Assembly (NCBI GenBank): GCA_029261675.1
Contig: JAJDBA010000047.1
Coordinates: 1-48,627 of the forward strand
Source of the DNA: Nitrospinaceae bacterium
Lineage (GTDB): Bacteria; Nitrospinota; Nitrospinia; Nitrospinales; VA-1
Reading direction: 5' to 3'
DNA length: 48,627 nucleotides
In this document: positions 35,724 through 45,218 of the stretch, in pieces
Numbering within the stretch: position 1 is the stretch's first letter
Layout of the letters: each line of letters opens with the position of its first letter
Made by a program: the position numbers and the translations under genes
Notes under the pieces: model-generated
Told to the model about the DNA's origin: nothing
Seen by the model: only the letters and a program-made list of their open reading frames with translations
Database searches by the model: none

Positions 35724-36489
35724 ATATTTCTGTACTATCATTTTTCTATTTTTTATCGGACTATTTATAGGTTGTGAAAACAACGTTGACCACAAAGGCG
35801 ATACCTATATTGTTGCCACCGATGCAACACTGCCGCCCATGTCGTTTATGAGTGTTGGAAATGATATGATCGGATTCGAACCCGATTTAATACGTGCCAT
35901 AGCGAATAAGGCAAAGTTCAATGTCCACCTTGTTAATGTAGAGTGGGCTGGGCTCTTTGGCGGCTTGATCACTAAAAAGTTTGATATGGTCATAAGTTCT
36001 GTGACGGTTCTAGAAGAAAGAAAGCAACGAATGAGTTTCAGCATGCCCTACCTTAAAAGTGGTCTTACTCTAGTCGTCCACAAAGGCCAAAAAGACATAA
36101 TGTCTTTTGAAGATGCTAAGAAAAGCAACGCGTTGATTGGAGCTCAGGTGGGAACTACCTCTTATTATTTCCTAGAAAAAGAATCTTCGGTACGAACAAA
36201 AGGTTATCAAATGTACGGTCACGCCATAACCGATATGGTCAATGGAAAAATTGACGCAGTTTTAGGTGAAAGTTCGGGAACTCTGTTCTTTAAAAATAAG
36301 CCTATTTTTAAAGAAATAAAAATGGTTGGAGAAATTCTATCCGATGAATTTTATTCAGTAGTTTTTAGAAAAAATAATACCAAACTTATGGCCCAGGTAA
36401 ACTCTGCCTTAAAAGAATTGATTGAAGATGGAACCGTTGCCCAGCTTCATAAAAAATGGGACTTGGGTCAGGCGGCTCAAGTTCCTTAA
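35713..36489 (+). CDS. family 3 (polar amino acid-type) substrate-binding lipoprotein
   Basis: I chose the ATG at 35713 (MKIKYFCTIIFLFFIGLFIGC lipobox). The typical SBP_bac_3 blocks are present (GFEPDLIRAIA, EWAGLFGGLITKKFDMVISSVTV..ER). The ORF track start is 35686. Confidence 0.82.
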   Translation: MKIKYFCTIIFLFFIGLFIGCENNVDHKGDTYIVATDATLPPMSFMSVGNDMIGFEPDLIRAIANKAKFNVHLVNVEWAGLFGGLITKKFDMVISSVTVLEERKQRMSFSMPYLKSGLTLVVHKGQKDIMSFEDAKKSNALIGAQVGTTSYYFLEKESSVRTKGYQMYGHAITDMVNGKIDAVLGESSGTLFFKNKPIFKEIKMVGEILSDEFYSVVFRKNNTKLMAQVNSALKELIEDGTVAQLHKKWDLGQAAQVP

Positions 36490-36515
36490 CAAGGTTGCTC
36501 ATCACATATAGCCTC

Positions 36516-37286
36516 ATGTCAGAAATAGTGCCCAAGCACAAAAAAATAAACACGCAAACCGGAGCGTGGAATATCGCTGTTTTGATCAGTGTCGTATTTT
36601 TAATTTACCTGCCGTCCAAGGAAGCTCTTTCTACCAGCGAGCAATCCGGCGGATATCTGGAGCTATTATCGCTTTTACCTGCCGGAATTTTTTACACATT
36701 ACTGGTTACTTTTCTGGGTAGCGCTGCCGCTATTCTTGTTGGACTCCTGGTCGGACTGGGCAAACTTTCTAAAAATCCAGCTATTCGTCTTCCGGTATCC
36801 TTTTATACAGAGCTGCTTCGCGGTGTACCGCTGCTTGTTCTTTTATTTTATATCTATTACGCATTGGGGGAGTTCATTCACATGCCTGCATTGGTGGCAG
36901 CCGTGGCGGGCTTTGGATTCAGCTACGGGGCCTATATGGCAGATATTTTTCGTGCAGGCATCGAGGCAATACCGAAAGAGCAAGGCGAGGCGGCTCGCAG
37001 TTTGGGCATGAACGAAAAACAGGCTTTGACTCAAATCATCCTTCCACAGTCCATGCGAACCATCATTCCAGCTATTGGCAACCAGACTCTGGGAATGCTG
37101 AAAGATACCAGCTTAGTTTCCGTCTTGGCGATTTCTGATATTTTACGTGTGGGTAATGAATATGCCACTAAACATTTTAACTTTTTTGAAACCTATACTT
37201 ATGTGGCATTGACCTATCTACTGCTCACCCTTTTACTTTCCCGTGTGGTTCATAAATTGGAATCCCATTATCGAGTCGTCGGGTAA
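36516..37286 (+). CDS. amino acid ABC transporter permease (His/Glu/Gln/Arg/opine family)
   Basis: The EAA loop IEAIPKEQGEAARSLGMNEKQALTQIILPQ and 5 TM helices are present. I chose the start at the ATG at 36516 after the SBP stop; the ORF track starts at 36456 inside the SBP gene. Confidence 0.85.
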   Translation: MSEIVPKHKKINTQTGAWNIAVLISVVFLIYLPSKEALSTSEQSGGYLELLSLLPAGIFYTLLVTFLGSAAAILVGLLVGLGKLSKNPAIRLPVSFYTELLRGVPLLVLLFYIYYALGEFIHMPALVAAVAGFGFSYGAYMADIFRAGIEAIPKEQGEAARSLGMNEKQALTQIILPQSMRTIIPAIGNQTLGMLKDTSLVSVLAISDILRVGNEYATKHFNFFETYTYVALTYLLLTLLLSRVVHKLESHYRVVG

Positions 37287-37327
37287 CTATAAGTAATCTT
37301 TCAAAAAGTTAATTTGCGCGGATAGGC

Positions 37328-37376
37328 AAAAAAAAAGTCGCAGTTGGAAAGAATATTTCCAGCTGCGGCTAATTTT
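37328..37376. terminator. bidirectional hairpin terminator between convergent genes
   Basis: A-run at 37328-37336, then the stem GTCGCAGTTGGAAA / TTTCCAGCTGCGGC (37337-37369; the G-U pairs are T38:G68 and T44:G62; the hairpin loop is GAATA), then TAATTTT. On the minus strand it is followed by nine T. Confidence 0.7.
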
Positions 37377-37392
37377 AAAATTTGGAAACTTT

Positions 37393-37893
37393 CTAGTCCA
37401 TTGGTTTTAACTCACACACCTTATTCAGAGTCACAACACGGACGGGGCCTGGAAAATGAGACCATTGTTCTCGACTCATCTGGTTGATTTCCTCCTCGAT
37501 AGCATCAATGCCTTCTTTGTTTACCTGACCACTGTAAAAAAGTTTCGCTGCAACTGAGCAATCAGCGTTCCCCACCCGATCATAATGGTCGTAAATATTA
37601 TCCACTGCTCTTACCAAATGGCCCAATGTGAGATTTGCGCAAACATGACCCACCGCAAAGGCTCTAGCATTTGGAGATAGATCCTTCAACTGCATCGGAT
37701 TGATCCGAATTTGCGGTACACCATAAGTACCCATGTCTGCTTCGGCAATCAGTCTTGCGGAAGAATCTGGAATAATTTGAACTCGATTTCCATGATAATC
37801 ACTGCAATATAAGTTTTCGATAGAATTTTGAGCAGCGGCTGGAATAGAATATCCAACCAGGAAGAGAGCAGTCAATATCAGTTTTTTCATCAT
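37393..37893 (-). CDS. secreted hypothetical protein
   Basis: The 166-aa ORF has a signal peptide (MMKKLILTALFLVGYSIPAAAQ) and four Cys. No family recognised. Confidence 0.6.
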   Translation of the reverse strand: MMKKLILTALFLVGYSIPAAAQNSIENLYCSDYHGNRVQIIPDSSARLIAEADMGTYGVPQIRINPMQLKDLSPNARAFAVGHVCANLTLGHLVRAVDNIYDHYDRVGNADCSVAAKLFYSGQVNKEGIDAIEEEINQMSREQWSHFPGPVRVVTLNKVCELKPMD

Positions 37894-38163
37894 AAGGCAC
37901 CTGTTTAAAATAATTTTGCTTCTAAAATTAATAAGAATCAGAGGCTTAACCCCCTGATTTACATCACCTTCTATCCCTTAAGAGTTTATACGCCTTGGGT
38001 AGAACTAACCTCTTTCTTTAAATAGGCAGCCCTCTATTATTAGACCTCAATTATAGTTATTTTATTCAATTTCTCGAAAAATAATATATCAAAATCGTGA
38101 CTTTAGTTTGTGAAAATATTATATTAAAACCGATCTAGGGATTTAAATTTAAGGAGTATTGAA

Positions 38164-38433
38164 ATGAACGTAGCAGTTGATAACGAAAAAAACGTGGATA
38201 TCGATGATTATTTTTTTCTTGCAGGAAGAGTCTGGAATAGTAAAACAGAGGAGTACTCTGCCATTGACGATTCTGCTACATCCCAAAAATATTTCAATAA
38301 TTACCCGGATGCTGAACAATCATTTCAGGATAGCAACGTATTCCCCGAACTAAAGGGGAAGGACATTAAGTTCGATTTAATCCATGTTCGTTATGGTGTT
38401 AATCGATTTTTATTAAGTAGAATCGTCTTTTAA
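38164..38433 (+). CDS. small acidic hypothetical protein
   Basis: The 89-aa ORF has a strong AAGGAG 7 nt upstream of the ATG. It converges on, and overlaps by 4 nt, the MauE-like gene. Confidence 0.5.
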   Translation: MNVAVDNEKNVDIDDYFFLAGRVWNSKTEEYSAIDDSATSQKYFNNYPDAEQSFQDSNVFPELKGKDIKFDLIHVRYGVNRFLLSRIVF

Positions 38434-38873
38434 ATCTGGCCTTCTTTTATTTGCAAGAGCTTTACCAGAAGAACGCACACCCCCACCATAAAAATATCCT
38501 CCGCCACAGTTATAAAAGTTAAAGGTCTTGCCCAAAAAACGCCGAAGCATCCACAATTGGGTACCTCTATTCCACGCAAGAGTGTCAGAGTTGCTAAAAG
38601 GGTAAAACAGATGTGCAAAGCTGTGGCTGCCAAAGCAGTTATTTTTATATTTATATTGCGAAAAAAGTTTTCTGCAATCTTAAGTTCAACCAGAACCATT
38701 AATACCGCTACAGCTGGTTGTAAAAATGTGGGTATTATTTTGTAGGTATCTATAACTTTTATAAAGCCAGGGACATCCAGCAATTTTCCTATTCCCGTTA
38801 ATAACAAAACCGTGGCAATAAAATATCGCAGGCCTAGCTCTAATTTTTTATTGGCTGTTAACGGTCCAGTCAT
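38430..38873 (-). CDS. MauE/DoxX-like membrane protein
   Basis: The 147-aa ORF has 4 TM helices, LLLTGIGKLLD in helix 1 and a CGCFG motif, as in methylamine-utilisation MauE family proteins. Confidence 0.65.
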   Translation of the reverse strand: MTGPLTANKKLELGLRYFIATVLLLTGIGKLLDVPGFIKVIDTYKIIPTFLQPAVAVLMVLVELKIAENFFRNINIKITALAATALHICFTLLATLTLLRGIEVPNCGCFGVFWARPLTFITVAEDIFMVGVCVLLVKLLQIKEGQI

Positions 38874-39651
38874 ATTTGAAGAACCCTAATCTATAGGAGG
38901 AAGGTATTTTTTCTTTTCTAAAACGGTTTATATATTCTAAAAGAGATGTCGCCTGTTTTGGATTCACAAAGTCTTCTTCATAAAATTTTAGAATTTCGGA
39001 AACTGTCACTTCTTTTTTGGAATGGTCTACAAATACTTTTTTAGGATCATTTAAAAATTCTACAGATGCTTCATTCAATTGAGAATCAAGCATTACAGGG
39101 ACAAAGGGTTTATCAGGTAATCGAGGGCAATCAACTACCATACAATTTAACGCAAAGTGAACACGCGGGTCTCCCAAAGGTCGAATAATTTTGTTTTCGT
39201 AATCATAAAGGGATATATGGTTACCGCCAATATTGTATTCGGTAAATTTGAAAAACCGCGCACGATCTATGAATCTGTTAAAATCCTTTGGAATTTTATG
39301 GTACACAACCCCATACATGGCCAGCGCATTATATGAGTTAATATAGAAAGCCAACTTATGTTTCTTGTCTGGAAAATTTTTTGGATTTAGTTGAGGGCTT
39401 GTTTTCGCTATATAGTCTAAATAAAAAAGTAGGTCTACATGATCTGAATCCAGTTTTTTGAATGCCGTCCTTCCTTCGACGTCTACATATTTCTCAAGAG
39501 TCTTTTTCCAAGAACGCGAACCATAAAAATCTCCCCCTTGGTTTTCATTTGAAATAATAAATTCTGGAGATATTACTTTGGTGGCACAACCAGAAAAAAA
39601 TAAAAGTAGCGCAATAAAATAAGAAAAAGACTTGTACATTGGATTCGCCAT
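38848..39651 (-). CDS. DUF547 domain lipoprotein
   Basis: The 267-aa ORF has a lipobox (LLLFFSGC) and DUF547-type blocks (AFYINSYNALAMYGVV, HFALNCMVVDCPRL). Confidence 0.7.
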   Translation of the reverse strand: MANPMYKSFSYFIALLLFFSGCATKVISPEFIISNENQGGDFYGSRSWKKTLEKYVDVEGRTAFKKLDSDHVDLLFYLDYIAKTSPQLNPKNFPDKKHKLAFYINSYNALAMYGVVYHKIPKDFNRFIDRARFFKFTEYNIGGNHISLYDYENKIIRPLGDPRVHFALNCMVVDCPRLPDKPFVPVMLDSQLNEASVEFLNDPKKVFVDHSKKEVTVSEILKFYEEDFVNPKQATSLLEYINRFRKEKIPSSYRLGFFKYDWTVNSQ

Positions 39652-39653
39652 TT

Positions 39654-40988
39654 TTAATTTGCCAATGTTTCAGATTCCAAGGTAATCAATTCGGGTTCTC
39701 TAGCGGATGGAAGTGGATAAAATGTTTTATCCCCATCTTCAATCTGAATGGGTTGCAAAATATAATCATCGCGTTTTGCATTATGCTTGCACATCGAAAC
39801 TGGCCCTTCATTCGTCATTACCATAAATGAACATGCATCTATCCGTTCCGAGTCTAAATTAGACTTATCCATAAAATTTTGAATGAAAAAAGAAATTTTA
39901 TTTGCTCGTCCCTTGCCTGCAATTATATCTTTTTTTATTTCCCATATTCGAGGCAAAAAGTAGGTCAATGCACGGAGTATCCATTGCGGATGCCTGATGC
40001 ATTTCTTTAAATAAGTCCAAGCAATTTTCTTGGGACCTTCTCGTCGATCATGTGTAACATTACTAAAGTCTCTAAGAAAGTCAGAAAATATGAGCGCGTC
40101 ATCAATAATTCCAAAAGCCTTGCCGTTCACCGCTAGAGTGGGAACATAAGTGTGGCACTTTGGATGCCCTATCAAAATCGTATCCCAAGGCAAAAGATTA
40201 CTCGCTCCTTGGGAGACCTTTTGCTGTACCGTTTCCAAACTAATAGGCTCTGGTCGTTGATGCAATACTCCTCTGCCTGTATCGGCCTGCAATTGAAAAG
40301 ATGCCATGCCCACCACATCAGAGTTTTTGATAAAGAATTCGACGACTGCTGGTATCTCTTTAAAGTTGGATTCGTGAACCGTTGTATTAAAAATCACAAG
40401 AAGAGGAAGGCCGCGAGCTCTTTCAATTAATTCTGATCTCAGCTCATTGAGATCCGCTTCTGTTTTGTAGCCCTTCAAGTTTTGTGTTAAATCAACATGA
40501 AACGCAACATCGCTCAACCCAGCCTCGGAAAGCTCTTCCAATAATTTTCTGGAACATTTTTTTCCATTGGTAAATAGCGCAGGGTGCAAACCTATTTTTC
40601 TTGCATACCTTACAATGGCCAGCAACTCCGCCTTATCTCGGAGCGTGGGATCACCTCCACTGATTTGAACATTTGTACCGGGACCATAGACATTAATAAT
40701 TTCATCTAATCTTCGATATAACTCTTCAATCGGCATATCCTTTACTAATGCAGAAGACTCAGATAAATAGCATAATGAACAATCCAGATTGCAGCGTTGG
40801 GTTATTTCGAGAGAAACACAACCAATTGTTCCTTTCCTTCCCAGAATTTGGTTCCCTTTGAAAAATTGGCCCATACGTTTTCGGGTATTTTCAAGAGCAT
40901 TGTTGATGTTGAAAGACGAGTTGAGCTTTGATGATTGACTTTGCCCAGGTTTCCCCGTAGCAAATACGTTTCTCTTTATATTCATCAT
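39654..40988 (-). CDS. radical SAM protein (function unknown)
   Basis: The 444-aa ORF has the CNLDCSLCY CxxxCxxC cluster motif, an ISGGDPTL SAM-binding motif and a C-terminal region of about 170 aa with only scattered Cys, so not an obvious SPASM domain. It ends 2 nt before the DUF547 start. Confidence 0.8.
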   Translation of the reverse strand: MMNIKRNVFATGKPGQSQSSKLNSSFNINNALENTRKRMGQFFKGNQILGRKGTIGCVSLEITQRCNLDCSLCYLSESSALVKDMPIEELYRRLDEIINVYGPGTNVQISGGDPTLRDKAELLAIVRYARKIGLHPALFTNGKKCSRKLLEELSEAGLSDVAFHVDLTQNLKGYKTEADLNELRSELIERARGLPLLVIFNTTVHESNFKEIPAVVEFFIKNSDVVGMASFQLQADTGRGVLHQRPEPISLETVQQKVSQGASNLLPWDTILIGHPKCHTYVPTLAVNGKAFGIIDDALIFSDFLRDFSNVTHDRREGPKKIAWTYLKKCIRHPQWILRALTYFLPRIWEIKKDIIAGKGRANKISFFIQNFMDKSNLDSERIDACSFMVMTNEGPVSMCKHNAKRDDYILQPIQIEDGDKTFYPLPSAREPELITLESETLAN

Positions 40989-41148
40989 TTCTCCTGAAAT
41001 TTTAATTTTAGCGCCATTGATGCCTATACTTTTGGCACTGTTCTTTGGCTCAACTATAAAAGAGAACCAAAAACGGTTTGCTGATTAGTATATTTTGACT
41101 AGTGAACCTAACAAAATTATTTCTGTCGGATTCTTTTATTGAATGATT

Positions 41149-43224
41149 TTATGCGGGTTGCTTATTTTCCAGCTCGACTATGAGAGATTTAAGCCGTGCG
41201 GCACCTTGCTGACTTGGATCTAGACGAAGAGCTTCTTTCAAATAACCGAGTGCTTTAGAAGCATTATTCATAAATTGGTAGTAAATCATACCCAAACTCA
41301 AATGAATGGCAGGCAAGCCGGGGTTAATTTTTAAAGCCTTTTCATAGTTTTCTATGGCAGCAGAAATATTTTTAGTCTGTATCTGAATATTGGCCATATT
41401 CATATAGGGAAGAGCAAAGGTAGGATCCAGTTTCCCCGAAATACGATATTCAAACATTGCAAGATCCAGCTGACCTTTCATCATCAATGCATTACCCAAT
41501 CCAAAATGAGCTCTGGAATGGTTGGGTTGCATTTTTATGAACTTATTAAAATTTTCTATGGCCTCGTCAAACCCACTCAACTCCATAGATAAATAGGCCA
41601 GATTGTAAAATGCCTGCTCGAAATAAGGATTAAACTGAATCGCTTTTCGGTATGATTCTGCCGCTTCCCGCTTCTTGCCAACGAGATGGTACGCTCGGGC
41701 AATATTATAATGCGCAGGACTATAATCCGATTTTTGATCCAGGGCTTTTTGAAAATAGTTTATCGCCTCAACATACTTTCCTTGCTTTCCATATATATTC
41801 CCAAGATTATTTAATCCAAAAAAATAATTAGGATTGATTTTTAGAGCCCCTTTAAATTCCTCAATTGCTTGATCAAAATTCCCCAACTTATCATGAGCCT
41901 CACCTAGGTTGTTGTAAGGTCTTACAAGGCCCGAAGACTTTTGCTTCGCATCTGCCCACAATGTCAACTCATCTTTCCAGACTTTGTTTCTATCCACAAC
42001 AATAAGAGAGAATAAAACAAAAACCAAAAGAATTCCTGTGTGCACGAGAGATATGAGAAGGTCGTTTGAAGTGTGATTCACCACAGTTCTATAGGCCCAA
42101 CTAAAAATAGAAGTTGCCAGTAGGGCAAACCCGACTAAAGGTAGATAGGTACGATGTTCCATCACCGCGTCTAATAGCGGAATAAAACTGGAAGTCGGTA
42201 AAAGAGTTAAGAATATCCAGGCCAGAGAAAATCCAGCACACCGTTTTTCAATTTCCCAAGGTCCCTTTGTTTTAATACCGATTGATATTCGAACCCACAA
42301 GGTTATTAAAAGACCCATAGAAAATATTCCCAGCCAATTTTTCGGATTTAACCAATTGCTAAGAATAGGAAAGTTGACATCCAGGTTCAAATTAAATGGA
42401 AAAAGAAATTTTCGAAAATATTCAAATGGGACAACAGAAGTTTGCGTCAAAAGCCAGGTGGATGAAGGTAATTTTGCTGAAGACGCAGCTAAAAACCCAC
42501 CACCAAAAAATTGTTTATACGCCACTCCCGTTAACAAAGGGATAAATAGTAATAAAATCCATTTTAGATTTTGGGATATCCACTTTCCTGGATTCTCTCT
42601 CGAAATAAAATAGTAATGAAAAACAAATAATGCCGCTGGGAGTGTAACGATAATTTCTTTGGTTAGTCCCCCCAACAACAGAAAAAAAGTAGCACCAAAA
42701 AAATAGATACGACCTAGATTTTTATTAAATTTTCTCTCACCGAAACCTTTAAAAAATAAAATCAGACCGGAAAGATAAAATATCGTCGCCATAGTTGATG
42801 AGCGGCTCGATATATAAGTTACGGATTGCGTGCTGAGAGGATGAAGCGCAAAAACCAATGCCGTAATATAGGGCCATGAAAAAAGGTATGGATTTTTTTT
42901 AGATGAAATATCTTTCAAAAAAAACATGATCTGCTGAACAAGTTTAAATACCAGTAGACTTGCTAATATATGAAAGCAAATATTAAAAATATGGTAACTC
43001 CATACCGCAAATTCACTGATGGCATAATTCAGATTAAAAGAGAGGATGACCAGAGGTCGCTGAAAAACACTGAAAATAAATTGAGGTATCTTATCCCACC
43101 CGCGGATCCAGGGTTTTTCTAATATGGAAGGGATATCGTCAAAATGGAAAGAGTTTAAAATTGTATTGCCATATATCAATACAATTAATAAAGACAGGAA
43201 TAGTTTTGGAGATTTTAGGTTCAT
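41149..43224 (-). CDS. polytopic membrane GT-C-like (TMTC/PMT_2-like) protein with a C-terminal TPR array
   Basis: The start at the ATG at 43224 forms an ATGA overlap with the upstream GT4 stop. It has about 11 TM helices, an acidic FHFDD motif in the first loop, and then about 8 TPR units (e.g. PYNNLGEAHDKLGNFDQAIEEFKGALKINP). Confidence 0.75.
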   Translation of the reverse strand: MNLKSPKLFLSLLIVLIYGNTILNSFHFDDIPSILEKPWIRGWDKIPQFIFSVFQRPLVILSFNLNYAISEFAVWSYHIFNICFHILASLLVFKLVQQIMFFLKDISSKKNPYLFSWPYITALVFALHPLSTQSVTYISSRSSTMATIFYLSGLILFFKGFGERKFNKNLGRIYFFGATFFLLLGGLTKEIIVTLPAALFVFHYYFISRENPGKWISQNLKWILLLFIPLLTGVAYKQFFGGGFLAASSAKLPSSTWLLTQTSVVPFEYFRKFLFPFNLNLDVNFPILSNWLNPKNWLGIFSMGLLITLWVRISIGIKTKGPWEIEKRCAGFSLAWIFLTLLPTSSFIPLLDAVMEHRTYLPLVGFALLATSIFSWAYRTVVNHTSNDLLISLVHTGILLVFVLFSLIVVDRNKVWKDELTLWADAKQKSSGLVRPYNNLGEAHDKLGNFDQAIEEFKGALKINPNYFFGLNNLGNIYGKQGKYVEAINYFQKALDQKSDYSPAHYNIARAYHLVGKKREAAESYRKAIQFNPYFEQAFYNLAYLSMELSGFDEAIENFNKFIKMQPNHSRAHFGLGNALMMKGQLDLAMFEYRISGKLDPTFALPYMNMANIQIQTKNISAAIENYEKALKINPGLPAIHLSLGMIYYQFMNNASKALGYLKEALRLDPSQQGAARLKSLIVELENKQPA

Positions 43225-44456
43225 AAAGAAGTATTGCCAAAAATACTTTTTATAAATTCTTCTTCTGTTTGATCCACCACCTTCTCCCAAGAATAATTCC
43301 TTTCAGCTGTTTCCCTACACTTCAATTTTAATTTGGAATAGTATTCTGAGTTATTAAGAAAGTGTTCCATGCCTTTTGCCAGGGACTCAGGTGATGTCCC
43401 TTGAAAGATCAGATTTTGATCGACCAGAGCTAAAATTTCTTTCGTTGCCCCAACAGGTGTTCCCATTACCGGCAGGCCACTTGCAAAGGATTCCGCCGTT
43501 ACCAAACCGAACCCTTCAATGGCTGTTGTGGGGAGAACAAACAAATCGGATACTCTAAAATAAAGAGGTAAAGTTTCCCGGGGAACTAAGCCTGTAAGCC
43601 GGATGGTATTTGTTAGTTTTTTTTCCGCTATCAGGTTTTCCAGACGTTGCCGTAAACTTCCTTTTCCCACCATTGCCAGTTGAAAAGTTTTGTCCGGATT
43701 TTTTTTAAGCAGGAGTTCGACAGCTAAGACCAAGTTTTCCAGTCCCATTCTTTCTTCTAACCTTCGTACTGTCAATATTAGCGGCACATCTTTTTTCAGA
43801 TTTAGTTTTTCACGAATCGCATTATTATTTTCTTCAGGCTTTAAGGGATGAAAATGATTCAAATCAACACCCCCTGGAATTATTACGAGGTCTGGGTTGG
43901 ATAGAGAATAATAGTCTTTAAAACGGTTTTTAGAATATTCACTCAGAAAAAGCAGGGTTCTAGAAAATCTGTAACACGCCCATTCCATAATTCGAATCAT
44001 TTCCAGCCGAAATTTTAGCCCCAAGGGTATTTGAGCAGTACCAACAGCGTTGATCCGTTCTTCATCAAACCAGGAACTATGGAAATGATAAATCTTAGGA
44101 ACCTTCCATAAACTGGGTTGCAGCAAAACAAGAAACCCAATGAGCGGATTATGAATATGGATAAGATCAATGGACTTAAGCTTTAAAATGGATTTTACTT
44201 TTTTTCTCATAGCCTTCCAAAGGGGTAGCATGCCTTTACTTTCTCGGAAAGAAACTCGGTAATATTGAATCCCATCTATATCTTCTTGTGATGGTTGGTT
44301 TTCGGAAGATTTACAGGTTATCTGATATACATTATGTCCTCTTGTAACAAGACGCTTATTGATTTCATAAGTCAGTCCCCAGGCACCGCCAACTTCATCG
44401 GGATAGCAGTGGTATTGCAGAGATAGAATTGTAAGTTTTTTTTGGGGTTTGTCCAT
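43221..44456 (-). CDS. family 4 (GT-B) glycosyltransferase
   Basis: The 411-aa ORF has an N-terminal GGAW motif and the C-terminal EGFGLVTAESFASGLPV (E-x7-E region) typical of GT4 enzymes. Confidence 0.85.
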   Translation of the reverse strand: MDKPQKKLTILSLQYHCYPDEVGGAWGLTYEINKRLVTRGHNVYQITCKSSENQPSQEDIDGIQYYRVSFRESKGMLPLWKAMRKKVKSILKLKSIDLIHIHNPLIGFLVLLQPSLWKVPKIYHFHSSWFDEERINAVGTAQIPLGLKFRLEMIRIMEWACYRFSRTLLFLSEYSKNRFKDYYSLSNPDLVIIPGGVDLNHFHPLKPEENNNAIREKLNLKKDVPLILTVRRLEERMGLENLVLAVELLLKKNPDKTFQLAMVGKGSLRQRLENLIAEKKLTNTIRLTGLVPRETLPLYFRVSDLFVLPTTAIEGFGLVTAESFASGLPVMGTPVGATKEILALVDQNLIFQGTSPESLAKGMEHFLNNSEYYSKLKLKCRETAERNYSWEKVVDQTEEEFIKSIFGNTSL

Positions 44457-44550
44457 AATGATAAAACAGAATTCGTTTCAGGATAGAAAATTCAAGATTT
44501 CTGGATCATGATTCAGGCTAGATTTTAACAGAGGCTCCGATTGGGTATCC

Positions 44551-44579
44551 ATTGAAACCTTGTCATTATTACTATATAT
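44551..44579 (+). promoter_or_regulatory. candidate ssrA promoter
   Basis: TTGAAA (44551-44556), a 17-nt spacer, then TATATT (44574-44579). This lies about 30 nt upstream of the mature tmRNA 5' end, which would imply a processed precursor. Confidence 0.35.
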
Positions 44580-44610
44580 TAGAAGTAGAGTACTATTCCA
44601 ATATGTATTG

Positions 44611-44969
44611 GGGGGCGATCCGGTTTCGACGGGAGAGCTGAAGCAAGGGTTGCATGCACGGGGTGCCGTTGGCCCGTTAAAAAACGGCTTTTATATAATC
44701 GCTAACGATTATGATGTAGCTGTAGCCGCTTAATTTAAACGGTTACCGTCCGCCGCGTCCATGTTCGCGGGATACGGGTCGGACGTCACTCAGCGAACTG
44801 GTTCTGTTTACATGTTCCGAGTAAATGGGACGAGATTTTTAGGAACTGGTGTCGACTTAATCCTGCTTCTGGGAGTTCGTCGGGACAAGACTCAAATCAG
44901 AAGATAAGCATGTAGACGCCTTTGTCTAAAACCTTTCGGACGGGGGTTCGATTCCCCCCGCCTCCACCA
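44611..44969 (+). ncRNA. ssrA: transfer-messenger RNA
   Basis: The 5' GGGGGCG pairs with the 3' CGCCTCC-A-CCA, with G3:U as in tRNA-Ala. It has the T-arm GGGGGTTCGATTCCCCC and the 5' GGTTTCGACGGG block. The tag reading frame is GCT AAC GAT TAT GAT GTA GCT GTA GCC GCT TAA (44701-44733), giving ANDYDVAVAA. Confidence 0.95.
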
Positions 44970-44978
44970 ATTTAACAT

Positions 44979-45024
44979 CCCAGGGAATCCAAAAACGAGC
45001 AATTTTTCTGGGGTTTTTGCTTTT
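44979..45024 (+). terminator. candidate ssrA terminator
   Basis: CCCAGGGAA (44979-44987) pairs with TTTTCTGGG (45004-45012) with two G-U pairs, followed by GTTTTTGCTTTT. Confidence 0.5.
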
Positions 45025-45218
45025 AACTATCCAGAGTTACCCCATAGAGTTTATTGACATTCGGGGGCAACTTTTTGGGCATCTCGAAAAACTCGAATCA
45101 CATTAGCTATTTAAACATTTAAAGTTATGAGATTGTTTGGTAGCCCCCGCCCCATTCCTCTGTGCAGCTTGTACGGACTCACCAGAAAAAACCTGAACGA
45201 AACAATGATAAGTTCCTA

